A stretch of 56,787 nucleotides of DNA from Roseburia sp. AF12-17LB (GTDB taxonomy: Bacteria > Bacillota > Clostridia > Oscillospirales > Acutalibacteraceae), in NCBI GenBank assembly GCA_963589585.1, contig CAVALG010000037.1, positions 1-56,787 on the forward strand, read 5' to 3'. The notes below the pieces were generated by a model. The model worked only from the letters and a program-made list of their open reading frames with translations. It was not told where the DNA came from and made no database searches. Positions 17,188 to 25,829 of the stretch are shown here, piece by piece (the first letter of the stretch is position 1; every line of letters begins with the position of its first letter). Position numbers and translations under genes: made by a program.

Positions 17188-18465
17188 TTATTCGGCAGGA
17201 ATTTTTGCTCTGAATTCTACAAATCCGTCATAACAAAAAACGCCTATGTGACCTTTGTGCGCGGTCAATATCGCCTTGGCTATAGCAAGCCCCAATCCGT
17301 AATGATTATCCTCTTCGCCGCGCGCGGTATCCATACGGTAAAAGCGCTCAAATATCAATTCGCGCTGTTCTTTGGAAATTTCCTCGCCGCGATTGATTAC
17401 CGAAAGCCGCGCCTGCCCATGTTCTTTGGTTAAATTGAGTTTTATTTCACCCGGCGCAGCACTGTGCCGCATAGCGTTATCAAGCAATATCGACACAAGC
17501 TGTTTAAGCTGCCCGCTGTTCCCTTCCACCGTAATATTTTCCTCAATATTGCTGCTTAGGGTAAGCCCTTTTTCAAACGCTACGCTTTCAAACGGCAGGG
17601 TTTCACCCGCAACAAGGCGGCTGAAATCGATATATTCTTTTTGAACGGTGACATTTTCTGTTCTTGCAAGTTGAAGAAGCTGCGCTACAAGTGCACCCAT
17701 TCGCTCATTTTCATATTTGATATTGGCAAGCCAGCGGTTTTCGCCGATTTCGCGCGACAGTAATTCGGCATTCGCACCGACAACCGATACAGGCGTTTTA
17801 AGTTCGTGTCCTGCGTCAGAAATAAATTGTTTCTGCTTTTTATAACTTTCTTCAAGTGGGTCTACTATTCGCTTGGCGAAAATTACCGATAAAAAGAAAA
17901 AAATAACAAGGGCAACGCCGCCTATAATAAGGGTATAGCGGAACAGTGTGGTTGCGCTTTCGTTTACAACAGTGTTATCCATAAAAGCGACCAAAGTATA
18001 TCCGTCTTTTTCGGTTTTATAAAAAGCAAGATTGTTTTCGGTTCCGTATTCCCTGCCGCCGTTTATAATGTCCTGTGCTGTTTTTTGAAGTTCGCTGTTA
18101 CTGTGAACTGCAGGGCGGTCGTTTTTTACTTCAAGCACCTCGCCCGTATCCGACACGGCAACGGTATAAAATGTTGAAAGTTGGAACATCGGGGAATCGG
18201 CAAATCGCCCACCGTCTTTTCTGGCACCATCATCGGGTTCGGGTTTTTCGGGCGGCGCGCTGACTTTATCATTATTTTTATCATTACCGTCGTCGTCGGA
18301 AATGCCTAATGTATACATATCGGCGTGCGCTTTAAGCATTTCGCGGTTTCGCTTTGAAACCTCAAAATAACTTGAACCGTAAATCACGCCGAGCGTACCC
18401 ACCCACAAAATAACAAGCACCGACATGATTGCGGCAACGATTTTTATTCTTGATTTTTTAAACAT
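17188..18465 (-). CDS. Sensor histidine kinase (two TM segments, extracytoplasmic loop ~150 aa)
   Basis: 425 aa with the H-box SDAGHELKTPVS and a C-terminal HATPase region (GLGLAIAK). Confidence 0.9.
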   Translation of the reverse strand: MFKKSRIKIVAAIMSVLVILWVGTLGVIYGSSYFEVSKRNREMLKAHADMYTLGISDDDGNDKNNDKVSAPPEKPEPDDGARKDGGRFADSPMFQLSTFYTVAVSDTGEVLEVKNDRPAVHSNSELQKTAQDIINGGREYGTENNLAFYKTEKDGYTLVAFMDNTVVNESATTLFRYTLIIGGVALVIFFFLSVIFAKRIVDPLEESYKKQKQFISDAGHELKTPVSVVGANAELLSREIGENRWLANIKYENERMGALVAQLLQLARTENVTVQKEYIDFSRLVAGETLPFESVAFEKGLTLSSNIEENITVEGNSGQLKQLVSILLDNAMRHSAAPGEIKLNLTKEHGQARLSVINRGEEISKEQRELIFERFYRMDTARGEEDNHYGLGLAIAKAILTAHKGHIGVFCYDGFVEFRAKIPAE

Positions 18466-19141
18466 TATCGCACCTCAATTCATAGCCGATCCCTCTTACC
18501 GATTTTATTACGGTCTTCGCGCCGACAAAGGCAAGCTTTTTGCGTGTGAAGGACATATAGACCTCGACATTGTTATATTCGGCGTCGCTTTCGTAGCCCC
18601 ATATTTTCACGGCAAGCTGCTCGCGCGTTAAAATCCGTCCGCTGTTGGCAATAAAATATTCAAGAATATGATACTCCTTTTCACTAAGTCTTACGCTTTG
18701 CCCGTTTGTGACGCAGGATAAAGTGAGCGCACCTGTATCAAGCGCAATATCACCGTAAGAAACCGTACCGTCCACCGAATCAAGAGTGCGCCTGCCGAGC
18801 GCGCGAAGCCTTGCAAGCAGTTCCTTTGTCATAAACGGTTTGGTTAAATAATCGTCCGCTCCGCTGTCAAGCCCCGTAACCTTATCATCAAGTTCCGATT
18901 TTGCGGTAAGCATTAAAATAGGTGTTTTAATCCCCGCTGTCCGTGCATTTCTTGCAATATCAAAACCGTTCATACCGGGCAGCATAACATCAAGAATAAT
19001 AATATCGTAAATATCGCTTTCTGCGGCGGCAAGTCCCTCTGCCCCGTCGGCATAGTGGTCAACCTCATATTTCTCAAGACGCAGAATTTCACATAGTGCC
19101 TGCGCCATCCTTTTTTCATCTTCAACAAGTAAAATTCTCAT
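18458..19141 (-). CDS. OmpR-family response regulator
   Basis: MRILLVEDEKRMAQAL...ILDVMLPGMNG...LTAK, plus a winged-helix C-terminus. The start is set at ATG 19141. There is an 8-nt overlap with the kinase gene. Confidence 0.9.
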   Translation of the reverse strand: MRILLVEDEKRMAQALCEILRLEKYEVDHYADGAEGLAAAESDIYDIIILDVMLPGMNGFDIARNARTAGIKTPILMLTAKSELDDKVTGLDSGADDYLTKPFMTKELLARLRALGRRTLDSVDGTVSYGDIALDTGALTLSCVTNGQSVRLSEKEYHILEYFIANSGRILTREQLAVKIWGYESDAEYNNVEVYMSFTRKKLAFVGAKTVIKSVRGIGYELRCDNV

Positions 19142-19204
19142 TACAGCACCCCCGATACATCTATTATAATAAAACAAAATATTGAAACAAGATTGAACAT
19201 TTTA

Positions 19205-19241
19205 AAAAATCGGCAAACCTCAAAAGAGATTTGCCGATTTT
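19205..19241. terminator. Terminator immediately 3' of tRNA-Arg
   Basis: AAAAATCGGCAAA-cctcaaaagaga-TTTGCCGATTTTT. Confidence 0.7.
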
Positions 19242-19318
19242 TGGCCCGCCCGGAGGAATTCGAATCCCCATTCTCCAGAATCGGAATCTGTTGCGTTATC
19301 CGGTTGCGCCACGGGCGG
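19242..19318 (-). tRNA. tRNA-Arg (anticodon CCG), CCA encoded
   Basis: Minus strand: CCGCCCGTGGCGCAACCGGATAACGCAACAGATTCCGATTCTGGAGAATGGGGATTCGAATTCCTCCGGGCGGGCCA. It has a 7-bp acceptor stem, anticodon loop TTCCGAT and T-loop TTCGAAT. Track ORF 19141..19329 is spurious. Confidence 0.88.
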
Positions 19319-19335
19319 ATATAAACCAAATGTTA

Positions 19336-19986
19336 TTATAACAGATTTTTGTTTATAATTTCAAGCATTTTTTGAGCCTGACCGTGATATTTTTCGGAAT
19401 TTTTATCTTTCTTTACCGAACCGATAAGCGAACGTACAAAAATATAACAGCCGTCAAAGTTTCGGTCGCTGCCCTTAAAAACGGCAGTTTCAAGTTTTGT
19501 ACCCGACAAAGCCGACGCCTCACCGTCCACAATAGTGCTGTAAGAAGTTTGGGAATTTACACGGTCAATCTCGCTTTGCGACATAATGTAAAGCATTTTT
19601 TCCGCTTCGCCGAACTGCGCCGAAAACTTACTGTCATACCTTTGCAGGTCGGTATTTGCATTTTTGTTTTCTTCCTTTTGCAGTTCTTCAATATCATACG
19701 AGCAATCTATTATTTTAACCCGTCGTTTTCCGTCGCCGTTAAAATCAGGGCAGTATTTTTCAAGTTCTTTTGTTAAATTTTCAATTGATTGCTGGGGCAG
19801 GACCGTTCCGATATTCATAACAACGCGGATATCATAATCCGAATCGTTATCTCGTGTGGCAAAGGCAAAAATTGCGATTACTATAACAAGCAGGACAGCA
19901 ATTATCCTGAATTTGTAATACACCCAAAAATTCTGTACCTTTTCTTTAAAAGAAATATCTTTATGCTTTAAAAAACTGACATCCAT
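19336..19986 (-). CDS. Hypothetical membrane-anchored protein
   Basis: 216 aa with one N-terminal TM (FRIIAVLLVIVIAIFAFA) and an extracytoplasmic domain. No family recognised. Confidence 0.6.
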   Translation of the reverse strand: MDVSFLKHKDISFKEKVQNFWVYYKFRIIAVLLVIVIAIFAFATRDNDSDYDIRVVMNIGTVLPQQSIENLTKELEKYCPDFNGDGKRRVKIIDCSYDIEELQKEENKNANTDLQRYDSKFSAQFGEAEKMLYIMSQSEIDRVNSQTSYSTIVDGEASALSGTKLETAVFKGSDRNFDGCYIFVRSLIGSVKKDKNSEKYHGQAQKMLEIINKNLL

Positions 19987-19989
19987 AAA

Positions 19990-20703
19990 TTACACCGACA
20001 ATCTTAGCGTGTTTATATACCTCTGCAATTTTTCAAATTCGGCGGCGCACTGCTTGGAAAACTCCTCTGCAGAAGCGGCGTTTTCGGCATTTGCCACCGT
20101 TTCTGATTTAAAGACTTCCGCTTTGCCCAGCGCCAATGTTACAAGTTCTTTGGTGTTTTCCGAGCCCAACGAGCAAATCTCATTGGTAAATTCGGTTACT
20201 GCAATAACAGCGCGGCCGACAAAAGACGCGGCGATATCGGTTATACCTTCATCAATTCCGCAGTTCTCCAATCCATAAGCGCCGCTTTCGGCAACAGGCG
20301 CGGAGAAAAGCCCGTCGTTTTCCGTGTCGGCTGCGTCATACTCTGTTACGGCGTCTATAGATACAGGCGGCTGCTCTGTATATTCATTATCCTCTATGAC
20401 TGCGGCGGCATCGCCATTTGTGCCCTGTTCGTTTATATTTGCAACTTCCGAATTAAAGTCGCGGTTATTATCCGAAACGGAATTTTGCTGTAAACCCTGC
20501 GGTTCTGCAGGCTCTGTATACACATCGGGTTCGGGTTGCGGCTCAGCTTCCGGCTTTTCACCCTGCAGTGCGGTCTCCGAAACATTTTTAAGCCGTGCTT
20601 TAAGTTCGGCAACCTTAACGGAAAGTTCGTTATTTTTCTGTTTAAGGTCGGCATTTTCTTCGATAAGTTCACGAAGTTTATTTAAAAGTTCCGTCTTTCT
20701 CAA
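19990..20703 (-). CDS. Hypothetical protein: N-terminal coiled coil, acidic disordered middle, helical C-terminal domain
   Basis: 237 aa: MRKTELLNKLRELIEENADLKQKNNELSVKVAELKARLK, then an E/P/D/N-rich segment. It is separated by 3 nt from the downstream membrane protein gene. Confidence 0.6.
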   Translation of the reverse strand: MRKTELLNKLRELIEENADLKQKNNELSVKVAELKARLKNVSETALQGEKPEAEPQPEPDVYTEPAEPQGLQQNSVSDNNRDFNSEVANINEQGTNGDAAAVIEDNEYTEQPPVSIDAVTEYDAADTENDGLFSAPVAESGAYGLENCGIDEGITDIAASFVGRAVIAVTEFTNEICSLGSENTKELVTLALGKAEVFKSETVANAENAASAEEFSKQCAAEFEKLQRYINTLRLSV

Positions 20704-20815
20704 AACATAAGCCCCCCGAAAGATTGTTGGTTCAACAAAAACATCATAATTTTATTAACTGATATTATACCACGGCGCGCCTGACTTTTCAAGTTTTTAA
20801 ATTTTTGTAAAACGA

Positions 20816-20844
20816 TTGAAAAATGCCGTGTTATTACTTATAAT
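20816..20844 (+). promoter_or_regulatory. Promoter (TTGAAA-17-TATAAT) for the substrate-binding protein gene
   Basis: TTGAAA at 20816..20821, 17-nt spacer, TATAAT at 20839..20844. Confidence 0.5.
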
Positions 20845-20900
20845 ATATAATGTTAGTTTATAAATATACTAGGTATTAAACCGATTTACGGAGGACATAA

Positions 20901-22469
20901 ATGAAAAGAATATTATCTGCTTTAATTGCGCTTGCAATAGCGGTTTCACTTACCGCCTGCAGTGGGGACAGCGGTTTTTCGCTTACATACACTATGCAAC
21001 TTTCGCCTAAAAACATTGACCCGATACTGGCGTCAAGCGAAAGCGAGTTGACCGTTTCGGGAAATATATTTGAAGGTCTTATGAGAATGGGAAGGGACGG
21101 TAAGCCCGTAAAGGCGGGCGCTGAAAGTTACACGGTATCTGCCGACGGGTGCGAATACACCTTTAAAATTTCAAAGAATGCAAAGTGGCACAACGGCGAG
21201 GCGGTAACGGCGGCGGATTATGTTTTTGCCGCACGGCGCGCTGCCGATCCCGACACAGGCACGGCGTTCCCCCAACTGATTTCCGACATACGCGGTGTAT
21301 CCGACGCATTGGACAGAAAGATATCGCCGGACAATATAGGCGTATACGCGGAGGACGAAAGAACGGTTAAATATGTGCTTGCCGCGCCGTCCGACAGATT
21401 TTTATCTTCGCTTACGCAACCCGTTTTTATGCCGTGCAATGAGGAATTTTTTATTGAATCCAAGGGAAAATATGGTCTTAATGACGATTCGGTACTTTCA
21501 AACGGACCGTTCACGCTGACATCGTGGGATAACGAAAAAGGCGAAATTAAACTAGCCCGTTCGTCAAAATACGACGGCGACTTCAAACCGCAGGCAAATG
21601 AAGTAACATTTGAAAAAGAAACCGAAAAACCTACGGGATATATCGCAAACGCAATATCCGGCAGCGGAGGTTCGTTTGTAAAAATTTCGCTTGACGATAT
21701 TGAAAGCGTTTCAACAACCGACAAGGGAATTTACAATACTTTTTCTTCACTTTACGCCGCGATAATCAATCCCGATTCAAAAATTGCGCCGTTTGCGCCC
21801 GCATTTAAAATGTCGGCTGACCCAGACAAGTTATCCGAGGCGTTGCCGAAGTATTTAAAACAGGCGCGCGGAGCGGTTCCGCCCGATTGTGATATAAGTC
21901 TTGCAAACACCGAAAACGCACCGAACCTTAAATATGACCCTGCCGCAGCCAGAGAAATATTTTTGGATTGCCAGGAAAAAACTAACAGCAGCTTCCCAAA
22001 AAACATTTCAGTACTCTGCCCCGACAGCAAGGTGATAAACGCCGCACTTAAGCCCGTTGTATCCGATTGGCAAAAAAATCTTGGCGCTTATATAAATATT
22101 GAAACGGTAAAGGACGAATCGGAATTTGAGACCCGTATTGCAAACGGCGACTATGATATTGCGCTTATTCCCCTTACTTCGGGTGACCTCAGCGCCGCCA
22201 CATTCCTTTCACAGTTTAAGAGTGAAAGCAGCAGTGACCCGACGAGGTTTAAAAGTTCCGCTTTTGATGCGGCGCTGCAAGCCGCTTGCAGCGTGGATGC
22301 AACAGATGAACAAATGCATACCGCGGAACAGATACTGTTTTCTTCGGACGATAGGCTCATCCCGTTATTTTTTGCGCCCGTATCTTATGCCTATTCGTCA
22401 AAGCTTGATGAAAATTCAATAAACTTCAAAGCTGGATATTTGGATATTGCGGCACTTAAACAGTCGTAG
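20901..22469 (+). CDS. ABC transporter substrate-binding lipoprotein, family 5 (peptide/nickel, OppA-like), no adjacent permease genes
   Basis: 522 aa. Lipobox LTACSG. The size and the FEGLMR..., AKWHNGE.VTA.DYVF motifs are typical of SBP family 5. Confidence 0.8.
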   Translation: MKRILSALIALAIAVSLTACSGDSGFSLTYTMQLSPKNIDPILASSESELTVSGNIFEGLMRMGRDGKPVKAGAESYTVSADGCEYTFKISKNAKWHNGEAVTAADYVFAARRAADPDTGTAFPQLISDIRGVSDALDRKISPDNIGVYAEDERTVKYVLAAPSDRFLSSLTQPVFMPCNEEFFIESKGKYGLNDDSVLSNGPFTLTSWDNEKGEIKLARSSKYDGDFKPQANEVTFEKETEKPTGYIANAISGSGGSFVKISLDDIESVSTTDKGIYNTFSSLYAAIINPDSKIAPFAPAFKMSADPDKLSEALPKYLKQARGAVPPDCDISLANTENAPNLKYDPAAAREIFLDCQEKTNSSFPKNISVLCPDSKVINAALKPVVSDWQKNLGAYINIETVKDESEFETRIANGDYDIALIPLTSGDLSAATFLSQFKSESSSDPTRFKSSAFDAALQAACSVDATDEQMHTAEQILFSSDDRLIPLFFAPVSYAYSSKLDENSINFKAGYLDIAALKQS

Positions 22470-22506
22470 TATTCGGCAATACTCCTATGATGAAACGAGG
22501 ATACAA

Positions 22507-23655
22507 ATGATAACCGAAAAACTTTATGAAACCGACGGTAAATTAACTGTTTTTAATGCCACAGTTGTAAAAACTGCAGAAATCGGCGGTAAATATGCCG
22601 CAATACTTGACCGAACGGCATTTGCGCCCGAAGGAGGCGGTCAATCCTCCGACATAGGTAATATTAGCGGCATACCGGTAACCGATGTGCAGGTATCGGG
22701 TGATGAAATACTTCATTTTACGGAAGCGCCGCTTAAAGAGGGCGCAAAAGTTACCTGTGCGATAGACGCGGCAAGACGGCTGCGGCATATGCAAAATCAC
22801 ACGGGCGAACACATACTTTGCGGAATAATACACAAGCGTTTTGGGTTTGATAATGTAGGCTTTCATTTAGGCAAAACCGATGTTACACTTGATATTAACG
22901 GCGTTTTGACCGACACGCAGTTAATAGAGATTGAAAAGGCGGCAAACGCAGCGGTGTATGAAAACCGCGCGGTTACGGTAATGTTCCCCGAAGCGGCAGA
23001 AGCGGCGCTGATACCTTTTCGCAGCAAAAAAGAAATAACATCTTCCCTGCGGCTTATATGCATAGACGGGGTGGATGTTTGCGCTTGCTGTGCACCGCAT
23101 GTTGCGCGGACGGGTGAAATAGGTATTATTAAAATCATTTCGGCGGAGCACTACAAGGGCGGTATGCGTATACACATAAAATGTGGAGGTGACGCGCTTG
23201 AAGATTACTCACGCCGCTTAAAAAGCAGCGAACACATAGGCGAACTTTTGAAATCTCCCTCGCTTGACTGCGCGGCGGCTGTGGACAAACTGCACGAAAA
23301 ATTACAGGAAGCAAAATACGAGCACGCAAAACTTAAAGCAGAATACATAAAACTTTTTGTAACTTCACTTAACGGAAACTGCAGCACGCCTGCCTTTTTT
23401 AATGACTTTGACACCGCCGATTTAATAAAGGCAGCAGAGGAAATTTGGGCTAAACACGGCAGCGGTGCGGCTTTTTCAAAAAACGGCGACGGGTTTTTAT
23501 TTGCCTGTAAACCTGCCGCGGAAAATTTTGACGCGGTTTGCGGCGCTTTACGCAAAGAATTAAAATGCCGTTGCGGCGGTAAAGATATGATAACGGGCTT
23601 TTGCCCAACAGGGCAGGCGAAAATTACGGCATTTTTTAAGGATATAAACAAATGA
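22507..23655 (+). CDS. Alanyl-tRNA editing protein (AlaX-L-like, AlaRS second-additional-domain family)
   Basis: I placed the start at ATG 22507 (MITEKLY; SD GAGGA). It has the HTGEHIL and CCAPH zinc motifs of the AlaRS/ThrRS editing domain. Confidence 0.75.
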   Translation: MITEKLYETDGKLTVFNATVVKTAEIGGKYAAILDRTAFAPEGGGQSSDIGNISGIPVTDVQVSGDEILHFTEAPLKEGAKVTCAIDAARRLRHMQNHTGEHILCGIIHKRFGFDNVGFHLGKTDVTLDINGVLTDTQLIEIEKAANAAVYENRAVTVMFPEAAEAALIPFRSKKEITSSLRLICIDGVDVCACCAPHVARTGEIGIIKIISAEHYKGGMRIHIKCGGDALEDYSRRLKSSEHIGELLKSPSLDCAAAVDKLHEKLQEAKYEHAKLKAEYIKLFVTSLNGNCSTPAFFNDFDTADLIKAAEEIWAKHGSGAAFSKNGDGFLFACKPAAENFDAVCGALRKELKCRCGGKDMITGFCPTGQAKITAFFKDINK

Positions 23656-24362
23656 ACAAACAACGGATTGAAAAATACATAGGCGCACGAACCGATTACA
23701 CTCGCAAGGAAATAACAGCACTTATAAAATCGGGGCTTGTGAAAGTGAACGGCGCGGTAGCAGGGCGAAATGTGACACATATTGACGCTGATTGTGATGT
23801 TGTGGAAATCGGCGGCGCGGTACTTAGAAACAATGAACATATTTGCTTTATGATGAATAAACCGAAAGGTGTATTGAGCGCGTCGCGCGATACACGCGCA
23901 AAGACGGTAGTTGACCTTATACCCGACGGATATGACCGTGACTCGCTTTTCCCTATCGGGCGGTTGGACAGGGACACAACGGGGCTTATTGTTATAACTA
24001 ACGACGGAGAACTGGCGCACAGGGTTATATCCCCTGCGTCAAAAATTCCTAAAAATTACACCGTAACATTGGACGGTGAGGTAACTGCCGCAGTTGTTGA
24101 CGCGTTTAAAGCCGGCGTCACCCTTGCAGACGGCACGCGCTGTATGCCTGCGGAATTGACGGTTTTAAAAGACCCGTGCCGTGCGTCCGTAACCATATAC
24201 GAGGGGAAATATCACCAAATAAAGCGAATGTTCGGCACGGTGGGGCTTGGTGTAAACGAATTAAAGCGCGAAAGCATAGGCAAATTGGTACTTGACCCAA
24301 ACTTAAGAGAGGGCGAATCACGAATTATGACCGATGTCGAAACAGGAATGTTAAAGTGCTGA
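23652..24362 (+). CDS. Pseudouridine synthase, RsuA/RluB family (S4 domain plus catalytic GRLDRDTTGL)
   Basis: 236 aa. ATGA overlap with the upstream gene. Confidence 0.85.
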   Translation: MNKQRIEKYIGARTDYTRKEITALIKSGLVKVNGAVAGRNVTHIDADCDVVEIGGAVLRNNEHICFMMNKPKGVLSASRDTRAKTVVDLIPDGYDRDSLFPIGRLDRDTTGLIVITNDGELAHRVISPASKIPKNYTVTLDGEVTAAVVDAFKAGVTLADGTRCMPAELTVLKDPCRASVTIYEGKYHQIKRMFGTVGLGVNELKRESIGKLVLDPNLREGESRIMTDVETGMLKC

Positions 24363-24457
24363 AATATTATAATATCGCAGTCGTTTATTTATGCAAAATG
24401 CCCGTTTGTTATACAATATCAATAAATTGCGCAAAAAATATTTATAGAATTAATGCA

Positions 24458-24486
24458 TTGAAATGAGACGGCGTTATTGGTATAAT
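24458..24486 (+). promoter_or_regulatory. Promoter (TTGAAA-17-TATAAT) giving a ~140-nt leader for the ATPase gene
   Basis: TTGAAA at 24458..24463, 17-nt spacer, TATAAT at 24481..24486. Confidence 0.5.
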
Positions 24487-24633
24487 TAAATCGTACAAAG
24501 GCTGGTTTGCGGCCTTATAAAAAATCGCTTTTTACCGCGTCAGGTCGGTAAAGAAGCGTGGCACAGGCGTTAAAAATCACCGTATCTATGATTTTTGATG
24601 AAGATATGTGTCAGGAAAGGATATGGTAATTTT

Positions 24634-25776
24634 ATGTCTAGCATCTCTTTGAAAAATGTAACCAAAATTTACAGCGGCGGCGTTCAGGCTGTTACCGATT
24701 TTAACCTTGATGTTGACGATAAGGAGTTTATCGTTTTCGTAGGTCCTTCGGGCTGCGGTAAATCCACAACGCTTCGTATGATTGCCGGTCTTGAAGAAAT
24801 CAGCGGCGGTGACCTTTACATAGGCGACAAGAGGATGAATGATGTTCACCCTAAAGACAGAGATATAGCAATGGTTTTCCAGAACTATGCTCTTTATCCG
24901 CATATGACAGTTTTTGAGAATATGGGATTCGGCCTTAAACTCCGTAAAGTTCCTAAAGATGAAATCAAACGCCGTGTTGAAGAGGCTGCCAGAATACTTG
25001 ATATATCACACCTGCTTGAGCGTAAGCCTGCTGCTCTTTCGGGCGGTCAGCGCCAGCGTGTTGCACTCGGCCGCGCAATAGTTCGTGAACCGCGTGCCTT
25101 CCTGCTTGACGAGCCGCTTTCAAACCTGGATGCAAAGCTCAGAACACAGATGCGCATTGAAATTTCAAAACTTCACAGAAAACTCGGAACAACATTCATT
25201 TATGTTACACATGACCAGACCGAAGCTATGACAATGGGTGACAGAATCGTTGTTATGAAAGACGGTGTTATCCAGCAGATTGCAAGCCCGCAGGTACTTT
25301 ACGATGCACCCGTAAACAAGTTTGTTGCCGGCTTTATCGGTGCTCCGCAAATGAACTTCTTTGAAGGCACTATTGTTAAAGAAGGTTCTGATTTCTTTAT
25401 TGAAATTAAATCGGAGGCTACCGAAGAAGTTGCATCGGTTACCACAAAAATTAAACTTCCTGCCTCGAAAAATGAAGGCGGTTGCCTTGAAGCGTATGAC
25501 GGAAAAGATGTTACACTCGGAATACGCCCTGAATGTATCTATGATGATGAAAGATACATTGCCGATCATCAGGACGGAATTATCCAGGCAGATGTTGAGG
25601 TTGTTGAACCTATGGGTGCAGAGAAATATTTGTATCTTGATTTCTTAGGTCATGACCTTGTAAGCCGTGTAAGCCCTGATTCAAAATCAGAGGTTGGTGA
25701 AGTTGTTACGGTTGCTTTGGATGTGAACAAACTCCATATCTTTGATAAAGATACCGAAAAGACAATAACCAACTGA
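24634..25776 (+). CDS. Stand-alone sugar ABC transporter ATP-binding protein (MsmK/UgpC/MalK type)
   Basis: MSSISLKNVTKIYSGG..., Walker A GPSGCGKST, signature LSGGQRQR, and a C-terminal regulatory (TOBE-like) domain. No permease genes nearby. Confidence 0.88.
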   Translation: MSSISLKNVTKIYSGGVQAVTDFNLDVDDKEFIVFVGPSGCGKSTTLRMIAGLEEISGGDLYIGDKRMNDVHPKDRDIAMVFQNYALYPHMTVFENMGFGLKLRKVPKDEIKRRVEEAARILDISHLLERKPAALSGGQRQRVALGRAIVREPRAFLLDEPLSNLDAKLRTQMRIEISKLHRKLGTTFIYVTHDQTEAMTMGDRIVVMKDGVIQQIASPQVLYDAPVNKFVAGFIGAPQMNFFEGTIVKEGSDFFIEIKSEATEEVASVTTKIKLPASKNEGGCLEAYDGKDVTLGIRPECIYDDERYIADHQDGIIQADVEVVEPMGAEKYLYLDFLGHDLVSRVSPDSKSEVGEVVTVALDVNKLHIFDKDTEKTITN

Positions 25777-25794
25777 TAATATTAAATATAATGT

Positions 25795-25829
25795 ACCGCG
25801 TCTGCTTTACAGCAGACGCGGTGTTTTTT
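25795..25829. terminator. Bidirectional terminator between the ATPase gene and feoB
   Basis: ACCGCGTCTGCT-ttac-AGCAGACGCGGT followed by GTTTTTT. Confidence 0.75.

Noticed and set aside
19141-19329. 62-aa minus-strand ORF
   Set aside because: It covers tRNA-Arg(CCG) and its terminator, so it is not coding.
23205-24020. 271-aa minus-strand ORF spanning the alaX-like / pseudouridine synthase junction
   Set aside because: It is antisense to two strongly supported plus-strand genes. It has Cys/Phe/Arg-rich shadow-frame composition and no SD.
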